In this document: positions 6,396-14,487 of the stretch, piece after piece
How the letters are laid out: each line of letters begins with the position of its first letter
Position numbering within the stretch: position 1 is the first letter of the stretch
Notes under the pieces: generated by a model
Databases searched by the model: none
What the model was told of the DNA's origin: nothing
What the model saw: only the letters and a program-made list of their open reading frames with translations
Made by a program: the position numbers and the translations under genes
From: a virus
Taxonomy: Duplodnaviria > Heunggongvirae > Uroviricota > Caudoviricetes
IMG/VR virus record: IMGVR_UViG_3300048670_001104
Length of the DNA stretch: 19,211 nucleotides
Strand: one strand, 5' to 3'

Positions 6396-8658
6396 GCAAT
6401 GGCACAGAGATTTCTGTTTTCACCGCAGTCTCAAACTCAATCTCATCGCCATTCAACACCACATTCAATGTGCAGTCGGTCAATTGATCAAACAAGATAC
6501 GCTTTGACAGCGGCACACGGATCAATTCATCAATCTTGCGATTCAACGGCCGAGCACCCATCTTGGAATCATAACCCTTTTCTGCCAGCAATTCAATCAC
6601 AGGCTCTGAAAAGAACAATTTAATATTCTTTTCCGCCACACTTGATTTGAGCTGATCCAAGAACTTCACCACAATCTTCTTGATGGCCAGTGTGTCCAGC
6701 TTGGTGAACTTGCAGATACGATCAATACGATTGCGTAGTTCTGGGCGGAAGAACTCTTTCATGGCACGATCTTCTTCTCCGGACTTTTCCAAATCTGTTG
6801 AGAATCCAATGTTGTTGTTTTCATTGTCTCGCGCACCCAGATTGCTGGTCATGATGATGATGGTGTTCTTGCAGTCCGCTCGCTTGCCATTGGCACCTGT
6901 CACATGACCCTCGTCCAGCATCTGTAGCAGGATGTTGGTAACATCACTGTGTGCTTTTTCGATCTCATCAAACAAGATCACAGAGAATGGATGCTTGCTC
7001 AAGTCCGAAATCAGTTTGCCACCGCCCACATTGCCATCTTCAAATCCCACATAGCCCGGAGGTGCACCAATCAGGCTGCTGACAGAGAACTTCTCCTGGA
7101 ACTCACTCATGTCATAGCGCAACAGATGCATGTCCAGATTCTCACTCAACAGCTTGGCCAATTCAGTTTTACCTGTACCTGTTGGGCCCAGGAACAAGAA
7201 TGACGCCATGGGCCGGTTTGGAGTACCAATGCCCGAGAAGTTGATGTACACACGCTCTAACACAGCATCCACAGCAGTTTCTTGACCGTACAGCTTCTGC
7301 TTGATGTTTGATTCCAGGTCCACTATCTTCACACTGCGCTCATTCTGCAGTCGATCTGTGGGCACACCGGTCACACGAGACAACTGTTCTTCGATCATGC
7401 CTTTGTTCACAGTGGTCATACCTGAATCTTTCACACGCTCTCGGGCACAGGCAGCGTCCAACAAGTCAATTGATTTGTCAGGATTCTTCTTGTCATGGAT
7501 GTATCGGGCTGCTAGATCCACAGCGGCAGTCATGGCCTCTGTGTCGATCAGCACATTGTGGAATGCTTCCAATCGTGGTGAGAGTCCGATCAAGATCTTC
7601 TCAGTGGTGTCACGGTCCGGTTCGTCAATTGACAACCTGTAGAAACGGCGCATGAGGGCACGATCTTTCTCGAAACTCTCGTAATACTCTTCCCATGTGG
7701 TCGACGCAATCACCTTCAAGTTGCCCTTGGTGATGGCAGGTTTCAACATGTTGGCAAAGTCCAGGCTGCCTGAACTGCCTGCCCCTGCACCTTTCATGGT
7801 GTGTGCTTCATCAATGAACAAGATCGATTTCTTCTTGCTTTCCAGTGCAGAGATTACTGCTTTGAACTTTTCTTCAAAGTCGCCGCGATACTTGGATCCT
7901 GCCACAAGACTGCCAATCTCCAGGCTCCATACTTCGTGATCCTTCAAGAACTCGGGCACACGGCCCTGTGTGATCTCTTGTGCCAGTCCTTCGATGATGG
8001 CAGTTTTGCCCACGCCCGGATCGCCTACCATGAGCACATTGCTTTTGAATCGGCGTGCCAACACAGCGATCATTTCTTCTAGTTCTGTAGCGCGACCAAT
8101 TAAGGGTTCCAGTCGATCTGTCCGGGCCAGCGTGGTGAGGCTGGTGCAGTATTCTTCCAGCACTTCTGTGGCCTGTTGATCATTCATACCAGCTGACTTT
8201 TCTGACTTGTAATGACGTTTCCAGAACTCAGCAAATTCGCCCTTGGTCACTCCAAACTTCAGCAAGAAGTAGTGTGCATGGCTGTTGGTTTCACTCATGA
8301 TGGCCAGATAAAGATCTATGGTGACGATCTGTCTGCGTCCCGAAAACAGCACTTGCGTGAGCGCACGGTTGAACACACGCTCCAGGCCCTGCGTCTTGCG
8401 TGGTGTGGCTTCGCCATCTGTTACCAGACTCTGGCAACTGTCGAGATAGCCGCACAGTTCTGTTTCCAGCATGGCCACATCGCAGCCAAATTTGTTTAGG
8501 GTTTTGCGAAATGGTTCGTGACGTATCAGGCTCAACAACAGATGTTCTGTGAGCACATATTCATGCCGCCAGGTTCGTGCGATGGTCACTGCGCCTTCGA
8601 TGATGGCGTCGATTTCGGGATTGTCTTGCATAGCGTTTTGTCCGTGTGAGTTGCTCAT
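6388..8658 (-). CDS. clpA: ClpA-like Hsp100/Clp AAA+ ATPase
   Basis: 756 aa. Clp N-domain (HEYVLTEHLLLSL), NBD1 GDPGVGKT and ILFIDEAH, NBD2 GPTGTGKT and ILFDEIEKAH, GAPPGYVGF pore loop, NIGF ClpP-docking loop, GARPL. No ClpB-type long middle domain. An alternative start at ATG 8631 (MQDNPE) is plausible. Confidence 0.93.
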   Translation of the reverse strand: MSNSHGQNAMQDNPEIDAIIEGAVTIARTWRHEYVLTEHLLLSLIRHEPFRKTLNKFGCDVAMLETELCGYLDSCQSLVTDGEATPRKTQGLERVFNRALTQVLFSGRRQIVTIDLYLAIMSETNSHAHYFLLKFGVTKGEFAEFWKRHYKSEKSAGMNDQQATEVLEEYCTSLTTLARTDRLEPLIGRATELEEMIAVLARRFKSNVLMVGDPGVGKTAIIEGLAQEITQGRVPEFLKDHEVWSLEIGSLVAGSKYRGDFEEKFKAVISALESKKKSILFIDEAHTMKGAGAGSSGSLDFANMLKPAITKGNLKVIASTTWEEYYESFEKDRALMRRFYRLSIDEPDRDTTEKILIGLSPRLEAFHNVLIDTEAMTAAVDLAARYIHDKKNPDKSIDLLDAACARERVKDSGMTTVNKGMIEEQLSRVTGVPTDRLQNERSVKIVDLESNIKQKLYGQETAVDAVLERVYINFSGIGTPNRPMASFLFLGPTGTGKTELAKLLSENLDMHLLRYDMSEFQEKFSVSSLIGAPPGYVGFEDGNVGGGKLISDLSKHPFSVILFDEIEKAHSDVTNILLQMLDEGHVTGANGKRADCKNTIIIMTSNLGARDNENNNIGFSTDLEKSGEEDRAMKEFFRPELRNRIDRICKFTKLDTLAIKKIVVKFLDQLKSSVAEKNIKLFFSEPVIELLAEKGYDSKMGARPLNRKIDELIRVPLSKRILFDQLTDCTLNVVLNGDEIEFETAVKTEISVPLPV

Positions 8659-8664
8659 GTGAGT

Positions 8665-8693
8665 AGTATACTATATTTTTTGGGTATGATCAA
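8665..8693 (-). promoter_or_regulatory. Sigma70-like promoter (TTGATC-N17-TATACT) upstream of clpA
   Basis: -35 at 8693-8688, -10 at 8670-8665, exactly 17-nt spacer, intergenic. Confidence 0.55.
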
Positions 8694-8705
8694 CCTATCA
8701 TGTAC

Positions 8706-9485
8706 TTATTTGGCAGATTCCTGCTGTATAGCAGCCAATAATTCTTCAGGTATCTGTGTGGGGATCTCGGCCTGCATGCGTACCAGCATGTCACCCCGGG
8801 TGCCGGATCGATCCGGAAATCCCCTACCACGTGCTCGCAACAGGCTGCCGGGCTGTGTTCTGGGTGGGATGCTGAGCTCAATCCTATTACCTCGGATGTC
8901 CATCATGGTCATAGTACCACCGGAGATCAATTTCCAAATACTGGTCATATGTTCCACAGTGACATTGTTGCCTGTGCGTTGCCAGATTCGGTCTGGATGG
9001 ATTCGGAATGTGATCACAAGATCCTGCCCGCCAGGGCCCAGTCCAGAAAACTGCACATTGTCGCCGTCCTGTATACCATTGGGAATGGTGATTTCAATGT
9101 TGTGTGTGCCGGTATTGGTACCCATGGCCACCACTCTAGCACCGGGATTGGCCACATCTTGCGTGGTTATCCACAAGGTCATCCTGGCATGGCCACGCTG
9201 CTGTGGTTGTTGGAATTTGGCACCAAACATGTTGAAGATTTCATTGAAGTCAAAACTCTGATGGAATCCTCCTGCACCCGGTGGCATCTGAGGTTGCGGA
9301 TTGTTATAAGCCGCACGTTTCTTGTCATCGCCCAGTGTGTCGTAGGCTGCTTGTATCTCTTGGAATTTCTTTGTGTCCCCGCCCTTGTCCGGATGATGCT
9401 GGCTGGCTAGTTTTCTAAAAGCCCGTTTGATTTCATCGGCTGAAGCGGTGCGGGCAACACCCAGTGTGGCGTAATAATCAGTCAT
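8706..9485 (-). CDS. dnaJ: DnaJ/CbpA-type J-domain co-chaperone (J domain + DnaJ C-terminal domain, no zinc finger)
   Basis: 259 aa. DYYATLGV..EIKRAFRKLASQHHPDKGGD (HPD motif), short G/F region, C-terminal LRARGRGFP..GDMLV. Confidence 0.9.
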   Translation of the reverse strand: MTDYYATLGVARTASADEIKRAFRKLASQHHPDKGGDTKKFQEIQAAYDTLGDDKKRAAYNNPQPQMPPGAGGFHQSFDFNEIFNMFGAKFQQPQQRGHARMTLWITTQDVANPGARVVAMGTNTGTHNIEITIPNGIQDGDNVQFSGLGPGGQDLVITFRIHPDRIWQRTGNNVTVEHMTSIWKLISGGTMTMMDIRGNRIELSIPPRTQPGSLLRARGRGFPDRSGTRGDMLVRMQAEIPTQIPEELLAAIQQESAK

Positions 9486-9486
9486 C

Positions 9487-9504
9487 GTGTGTAATTATAC
9501 ACAC
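9487..9504 (-). promoter_or_regulatory. TATAATTA (late-promoter variant) inside a perfect 7-bp inverted repeat immediately before the dnaJ ATG
   Basis: GTGTGTA-TAAT-TACACAC, then G-ATG on the minus strand. Confidence 0.6.
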
Positions 9505-9513
9505 AACGTGACA

Positions 9514-9741
9514 TCATTTCTTTTCAGGGACCTTGGTGCCTTCAAGTTTCTCATGTTTCTTCATGGTCTTGCATGTTTGCTTGACCTTGCCGGATTTGTC
9601 TTTTACAGGGTCGCCGGCTCGGTCCTTAACATCCACACACACTTGCTTCATCTCGGCCCACACAGGTTGATTGTGTGTGAGAGTTGCGATACACAGTATT
9701 AGACAGAATCCCAACAGAAGGTTTTTAAGTAAGTTTTGCAT
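9514..9741 (-). CDS. Small secreted Lys-rich protein with two Cys (75 aa; start revised to ATG 9741)
   Basis: MQNLLKNLLLGFCLILCIATLTHNQPVWA/EMKQVC... has a signal-peptide-like N-terminus. TGATG coupling to the upstream gene. The track's longer version overlaps 9741..10037. Confidence 0.7.
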   Translation of the reverse strand: MQNLLKNLLLGFCLILCIATLTHNQPVWAEMKQVCVDVKDRAGDPVKDKSGKVKQTCKTMKKHEKLEGTKVPEKK

Positions 9742-10037
9742 CAATTGCTCCAAGGTACGCCGGCAGCAGTTACCGGATTTTGCAGGGCCACGATCTGTGC
9801 AGTGAGATTGGCCTCTGTTGCATCTTTGTCTACACAGTTGGCCCAGCACCAGTCCAGGACCTCTAGTTCTGTGACCTGATCATAGGGTATGGCTGGATCA
9901 GTACCAGCAAAGCTGCACTGGCCATAGCACCCGGCAGTGTACACGCCATCCACGGCATTTGCAGTCCAATTGGCCACGGTGATAAAACCAGTGGCTATCA
10001 CATAATCAGTCTGTATAATTTTCCAAGTTATGACCAT
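9741..10037 (-). CDS. Small conserved phage protein, likely virion or fibre-associated
   Basis: 98 aa with the pattern TWKI..GFITVANW..DG.Y..IPY..VT..EVL.W..NP...G.PW, which I recall from small aquatic-phage proteins (not searched). Confidence 0.65.
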   Translation of the reverse strand: MVITWKIIQTDYVIATGFITVANWTANAVDGVYTAGCYGQCSFAGTDPAIPYDQVTELEVLDWCWANCVDKDATEANLTAQIVALQNPVTAAGVPWSN

Positions 10038-10040
10038 GAT

Positions 10041-10949
10041 TTACTTCTTGCTTTTCTTTTTAGTGGAGATCACGCTGTCGGCAGTCACAACCACATTGGA
10101 GATACTCCAATAAGATCCCACTGAGTTGCACAATGACCCCCAACCGCAGGTGTTGTTCCACCAAGGTGCTGAACCGGGACCGGTTGGGCTGTAACCCTGC
10201 CAGAAACTCAATTGTAACCAATATCCATTGGCCATGCTGGCGGTGAGATCACTCATGTCTACTGTACCGCTGCCTTGTGCTCCTGTGCCAACTGCGCTGT
10301 TGTATACTATCACGCTGCGACCGCTTTGTGAATAACTCACCACCATTGAGGGTGCAGTTCCGTATGTGAATTCTGTGGTGATATCAAATGGCTGAGACAT
10401 ATCAATCACCGTGACCAAGCTGTGCAATCCATTGGTAGCAGTGGGTGATGACAACATGCTTGAATAGTTGTAGCAACTGTTATCGGCTGTGGCAGCAAAC
10501 GCATATTCATAGCGTTGTGGTGCAGCAGGACCGCCGTTGCCCAGGTGCAGGGTGGTCTGTGTGATCTTGTTGCCATTGGTTTCAAGCAAATCAATTTCGC
10601 GGCAATTCCATGATGTGTTGTTGCCACCGGCATCACAGTAGTTGCTGCCTGCGGGCTGCACTGTGGGTTGTGTGGGATTTGATATCATGTAGAAACTGGC
10701 ATTCACATAGTTCTGTGACACTCGAGAAAGATCCACAGTGGCAGTGATCTTGCTTATGTTTCGGTATGCTTGTTGTGATACCACACGACCAGCATTGCAA
10801 GTTGTGCCCGCGCCAAATGTGACAGAGTTGCCGGACACCACAGGCTTGTTGCCGCAGGTCTGATAGTCCACTGTGAATGCTGGTGTGTATGTGGCTGCTT
10901 GAGCCACGGCTGCGATGCCAAGTGCTAGTGTTGCGAGTAGTTTTTTCAT
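10041..10949 (-). CDS. Secreted clan GH-B glycoside hydrolase, GH7-like
   Basis: 302 aa. Signal peptide MKKLLATLALGIAAVAQA/A. VDLSRV..VNASFY, YCDA (104-107), CREIDLLETN with E118-x-D120-x-x-E123, TLH135, IDMSQPFDITTEF, GYWLQLSFW, SISNVVV. Confidence 0.75.
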   Translation of the reverse strand: MKKLLATLALGIAAVAQAATYTPAFTVDYQTCGNKPVVSGNSVTFGAGTTCNAGRVVSQQAYRNISKITATVDLSRVSQNYVNASFYMISNPTQPTVQPAGSNYCDAGGNNTSWNCREIDLLETNGNKITQTTLHLGNGGPAAPQRYEYAFAATADNSCYNYSSMLSSPTATNGLHSLVTVIDMSQPFDITTEFTYGTAPSMVVSYSQSGRSVIVYNSAVGTGAQGSGTVDMSDLTASMANGYWLQLSFWQGYSPTGPGSAPWWNNTCGWGSLCNSVGSYWSISNVVVTADSVISTKKKSKK

Positions 10950-11477
10950 TTAGATCTCTGGAAAGTCCGGTTCAGGAGGTGCCTTCTTGCCACCCCAACC
11001 TGTTGACACAGGTGCTGTGTTGTAGCCAGTATTTACACCGGCCTGTGGTGGTACTGCGCCAAATCCTGGCGTCACAGTTCCATATCCTGTGGTCATCCTG
11101 GGCTGATTACCCAGGTTGATATTGGTGTTAGTGTTGCTGCTGGGCGGAACATATGTTGTGCCTGCGTTGGATGGCAATTGTATGCCACCGTTGTTGGCGC
11201 CACCCAGTTTTTCCTGTGTGCGACCATAAGCAGCGATACCCAGCACAGCACCCATGGCGATGTGGAACAGGCCTGCACCTTGCAGTGTGAGTGGTTGCCA
11301 TTGTGTTTGCACCGATCCCTGGCTGAAACTTTGCAGCAGGCTCCACAGTATGGGTGCAATCACAAAGTCAAATGAACACACCACCATGTACATCCAACCC
11401 ATCATGGGCCGCCATTTTGAATTCATCCAGTCTTCTTTTTGTTGTTCAGACTGTGTTATTTTTGATTTTCTTGTCAT
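10950..11477 (-). CDS. Holin-like membrane protein (GTA 3TM holin family) with long G/N/P/T-rich C-terminal tail
   Basis: WRPMMGWMY..FDFVIAPILW and LFHIAMGAVLGIAAYGRTQEK hydrophobic segments typical of this family. AAGGAG SD. Located near the endolysin. Confidence 0.75.
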   Translation of the reverse strand: MTRKSKITQSEQQKEDWMNSKWRPMMGWMYMVVCSFDFVIAPILWSLLQSFSQGSVQTQWQPLTLQGAGLFHIAMGAVLGIAAYGRTQEKLGGANNGGIQLPSNAGTTYVPPSSNTNTNINLGNQPRMTTGYGTVTPGFGAVPPQAGVNTGYNTAPVSTGWGGKKAPPEPDFPEI

Positions 11478-11488
11478 GAGTCTCTCCT

Positions 11489-12211
11489 TTAATATCCAAA
11501 TCTAGCCTTGTATTGAGCATACAATCCCTGTATGTCTGCTGTGGTGAATACTCCACTGTAGGCCTTTACCAGTCCTATATTGCCGGTTTGCGTTTCAGTG
11601 CCACTGGATCTGCTGAACAATCTCAACTGATTGAAACCACCACCGCCGGCATTGGTGCCTGTGTATGTAAAGGTGGTGGGCTGGGTGTTGGTTGCTATCC
11701 AAAGTTGCCCTGTGCTGGTTGTGGTATTCCATGTTGCCCATCCAAAATGCCACACAAGATCAGCACCTGACCCAGGCAAGTTCACCGAGAAGTTGGGATA
11801 GAACGTGTCAGGATTGCCATTGTACAGGCCCATCAACCAATCCTTGCTGGCTTCATTCTGGGTGTTTAACAGTCTACCACTGGCTGTGGCAGTTCTTTGA
11901 TACACCATAAACACACTATAACTCTGTCCGGTAACCCAGTTGGGGCCGCCATACATGGTATCTGTGGTTGAGCCACTGGCACCAGTGAATGAGAACACAC
12001 CACCATTGGAGCTGCCCCAGCTGAGTCTGCTGGTGCTGTTGGTCACTGTTATAGGAAAGCCGCCTGTGCCATCTACCACACTTCCGTTCACGGGCAATGC
12101 TGAATAATTAGCTGCGTCAAGATTGTACACCAAGGTCACACTTGGAACAAAATCACCGGCAAAAGTGATTCCGCCTCCCATGGTGATTCCTGGTCCAACA
12201 ACTATTGGCAT
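11489..12211 (-). CDS. LamG/ConA-like lectin-domain protein, putative fibre or decoration protein
   Basis: 240 aa. N-terminal MPIVVGPGITMGGGITF, then LVYNLDAANY, GGVFSFTG, WHFGWATWN, GNIGLVKAYSGVFT..I..LY..YKARFG. Confidence 0.65.
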   Translation of the reverse strand: MPIVVGPGITMGGGITFAGDFVPSVTLVYNLDAANYSALPVNGSVVDGTGGFPITVTNSTSRLSWGSSNGGVFSFTGASGSTTDTMYGGPNWVTGQSYSVFMVYQRTATASGRLLNTQNEASKDWLMGLYNGNPDTFYPNFSVNLPGSGADLVWHFGWATWNTTTSTGQLWIATNTQPTTFTYTGTNAGGGGFNQLRLFSRSSGTETQTGNIGLVKAYSGVFTTADIQGLYAQYKARFGY

Positions 12212-12212
12212 G

Positions 12213-12833
12213 TCACACTCCCATCACATGCAGGGCATGTTCATAATGCCGGATGCGATCTTCCAGTCCAATGTATCCACCATTGATGGCTCTTGTGAGT
12301 CCTTTGATATCACCGGAGTCAGCAAATCGATTCAGGTTGTTGGTTTCCCAGAACCAGCAGGCACTTTGTGCTGCACCTTCAAAGGTGGCCAGATATTCTG
12401 ACGCTTCTTCCACAGGAATATCAAGACTACCCGCAAAGAATGTGTAGTTGTCACGGCCTGTTAACTGTATCAGCCCACGGCCACAGAAACGATATCCATC
12501 GCCCGATGCTTCGTCACCATTGCCCATTCTATTGGCATACACTCTGTTGGCGATCTTTTCTGGACGATTGGCATATTGTGCAGCCAGTTCCTGTGTGGGG
12601 AAATACTTGCCAAATGTTTTCATTAAACTGGCAGCCCGGTAATTGAGATTTTCTTTTATGAATGCAAAGCTACCAGATTCGTGAGCACATTGTGCAACGA
12701 ATGCTGCCACACGCTCGGGTGTGTTTATATCGTAGTCCGGCAGCAGTTGATCAAGAGCTTCATACCAATGGTCAATGTGCGGATTTTTGACCATTTGTTT
12801 TAATTGACTCGATGTCAGTATTGAATTGCTCAT
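12213..12833 (-). CDS. GH19 family endolysin (206 aa; start revised to ATG 12833)
   Basis: AAFVAQCAHESGSF, ENLNY, YANRMGNGD..GDGYRFCGRGLIQLTGRDNY, INGGYIGLEDR. ATGA overlap with the o-spanin stop. Confidence 0.9.
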   Translation of the reverse strand: MSNSILTSSQLKQMVKNPHIDHWYEALDQLLPDYDINTPERVAAFVAQCAHESGSFAFIKENLNYRAASLMKTFGKYFPTQELAAQYANRPEKIANRVYANRMGNGDEASGDGYRFCGRGLIQLTGRDNYTFFAGSLDIPVEEASEYLATFEGAAQSACWFWETNNLNRFADSGDIKGLTRAINGGYIGLEDRIRHYEHALHVMGV

Positions 12834-13117
12834 TTCATTTGCTCCCATATTTTCTTTTGTTGACCATACCAATCAATCCAGGCATCCGTTCGGCCTGCAC
12901 ATTGATAATAAGTTGTATAGTTTTCACTCACAGTTTTTGTGAATTCTATTATAGTGACCTTTTCGCCCTGGATGGTCTTTAATTCAGGACATTTTTCTTT
13001 AAGCATGGCAGGTGCTTGAGGAAAATTCTGTGTGACCGGCACAGCGGTCGAACATGCTGTGATTAAAAATGCCAACACAATAAAGATCACAAGAATAAAC
13101 AGACGCACTAGATTCAT
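12830..13117 (-). CDS. Putative o-spanin (outer-membrane lipoprotein)
   Basis: Signal peptide with lipobox LITA-C22, Pro-rich PQAPAML followed by further Cys residues, 4-nt overlap with the i-spanin, directly upstream of the endolysin. Confidence 0.8.
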   Translation of the reverse strand: MNLVRLFILVIFIVLAFLITACSTAVPVTQNFPQAPAMLKEKCPELKTIQGEKVTIIEFTKTVSENYTTYYQCAGRTDAWIDWYGQQKKIWEQMK

Positions 13118-13587
13118 TTCTTTTCCTCAATGGGTTGATTCCGTGCAGCGGCATTATGTGTGTTGATAATGATTTCTGGAATAGGGCAGTTCTCCACGAA
13201 CCGGATCACTTCTTGATCTCGCACAACTTCACGGTCCACATACCGAATAATGTCATCGCCACGCTCTCGCACTATCTTGGTCTGGGTGACTACCCGGGTC
13301 ACAATCTCTGTATTGACTTCTGCGCTGCGGGTTTCTGCTGCCGCTAGTTTGGCTTCTACTTCGGCCACACGCTCACGCCAGGCCATTTCTGTGGTATAGC
13401 CACCATGAAAGTACACGCCCGTGGTCAACAGTAGTATACCCGCTATCTGCACAGGGACCCTGTAGGTATTAACAAACGGAATGAAACGCACGAAAAAGCC
13501 GGCCACAGTGACTGCCGCGCCGGCTATTAAAATTGTGTTGACGATCCAGGCGATCAATGCGTCTGGTAAAAGATGTAATATCCACAT
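13114..13587 (-). CDS. Putative i-spanin (157 aa; start revised to ATG 13587)
   Basis: N-terminal TM segments, periplasmic coiled coil (WRERVAEVEAKLAAAE), C-terminal C-P-IP..H..AA, paired with a lipoprotein gene. Confidence 0.78.
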   Translation of the reverse strand: MWILHLLPDALIAWIVNTILIAGAAVTVAGFFVRFIPFVNTYRVPVQIAGILLLTTGVYFHGGYTTEMAWRERVAEVEAKLAAAETRSAEVNTEIVTRVVTQTKIVRERGDDIIRYVDREVVRDQEVIRFVENCPIPEIIINTHNAAARNQPIEEKK

Positions 13588-13604
13588 GCAGATATTTATC
13601 TGCA
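13587..13604 (-). promoter_or_regulatory. TAAATA (13593-13598) inside a perfect 8-bp inverted repeat that includes the A of the i-spanin ATG
   Basis: Minus strand reads TGCAGATA-AA-TATCTGCA-TG. Confidence 0.7.
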
Positions 13605-13608
13605 CAGT

Positions 13609-14466
13609 TTAGTTCAAGCCCATACTCCGACGGATTTCCGTTCCGGATATACTCGTAATAGATTCATCAAACTTTTCTTCTTCTATTGTATATCCTACTC
13701 CGCGACCGTAACCAATGTGAGTAATATTAGGAACTACTAATATTTCATATTGCCCTTGATATAACGGATCAAGATCTCGTTTAATAGCATGTTTAACCTG
13801 GACAATGGCAAATGGATTACTATTTTGCCAGCCTTGACAGTCGCGAATCATGATGCATACCTGCCCCGTTCTTTGTATCAATCTATCAAACAATGCACGA
13901 TGTCCGGCATGCCACGGTTGCCATCTGCCAAGTTGTTCAACCGTTTCTTTTCGCCAGTCAAACACAGGTCGTCGTCGATTTGCCAATATATGTTCACCAA
14001 TGAATTCTGCCCAGTGGTCGGCATTTTGTTCTGTTATACGGAAATCATACACTTCAGGCGGCACAAACACTTGATTGGTATCCGCATAACGACCTGCATC
14101 AATGGTGTCCATCCATATGCACCAGTCGGCTTTGAAGTTGTTGCGCTGTTCCGCCAATGGTGCCACAAAGTCACAGATCACATAGTCACCTGTGCATTTT
14201 AGCGCAAAATCGGCCATGCGGAGACTTTGACGTATGCGGCCTTCCCGGCTGAAGTCCCAGTCATTGTAGCGTTTGCGTATTTCGTCGGCGTTGAACCAAT
14301 CCACCTGTGAATGATATGTGACAGGTGTGTGTTCCATGTTTATGCTACGATACCAGGGCATGGTTTTGACACTGCTGTTTGTTTCCAGATACTGTTTTAA
14401 TGCCGTGGCAAGATATGTTTTGCCCGAGCCCGGCAAGCCCATTATGAGTATTTTTTGTGCGTTCAT
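13609..14466 (-). CDS. APS-kinase(CysC)-like P-loop kinase fused to a C-terminal HxGH nucleotidyltransferase-like domain
   Basis: GLPGSGKT, WFNADEIR, VICDFVAP, FVPP..YD; then LGRWQPWHAGH and ISGTEIR. Confidence 0.8.
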   Translation of the reverse strand: MNAQKILIMGLPGSGKTYLATALKQYLETNSSVKTMPWYRSINMEHTPVTYHSQVDWFNADEIRKRYNDWDFSREGRIRQSLRMADFALKCTGDYVICDFVAPLAEQRNNFKADWCIWMDTIDAGRYADTNQVFVPPEVYDFRITEQNADHWAEFIGEHILANRRRPVFDWRKETVEQLGRWQPWHAGHRALFDRLIQRTGQVCIMIRDCQGWQNSNPFAIVQVKHAIKRDLDPLYQGQYEILVVPNITHIGYGRGVGYTIEEEKFDESITSISGTEIRRSMGLN

Positions 14467-14487
14467 GACGATCTTCCCCTGTTGGGA

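Noticed and set aside
8659-9261. 200-aa plus-strand ORF (and 8949..9410)
   Set aside because: Antisense to dnaJ, with a Cys/Ser/Arg-rich composition typical of shadow frames.
6388-9485. Bacterial chromosomal origin suggested by clpA/dnaJ/phoH
   Set aside because: The spanin-endolysin-holin set, fibre genes, T4-type late motifs and the lack of bacterial operon context (dnaK, clpS, ybeY) favour a large phage.
9742-9849. Track N-terminal extensions (also 5838-5864, 12834-12872, 13588-13605, 15122-15199)
   Set aside because: They overlap upstream genes or promoter hairpins. Downstream starts give stop-start coupling, SDs or signal peptides.
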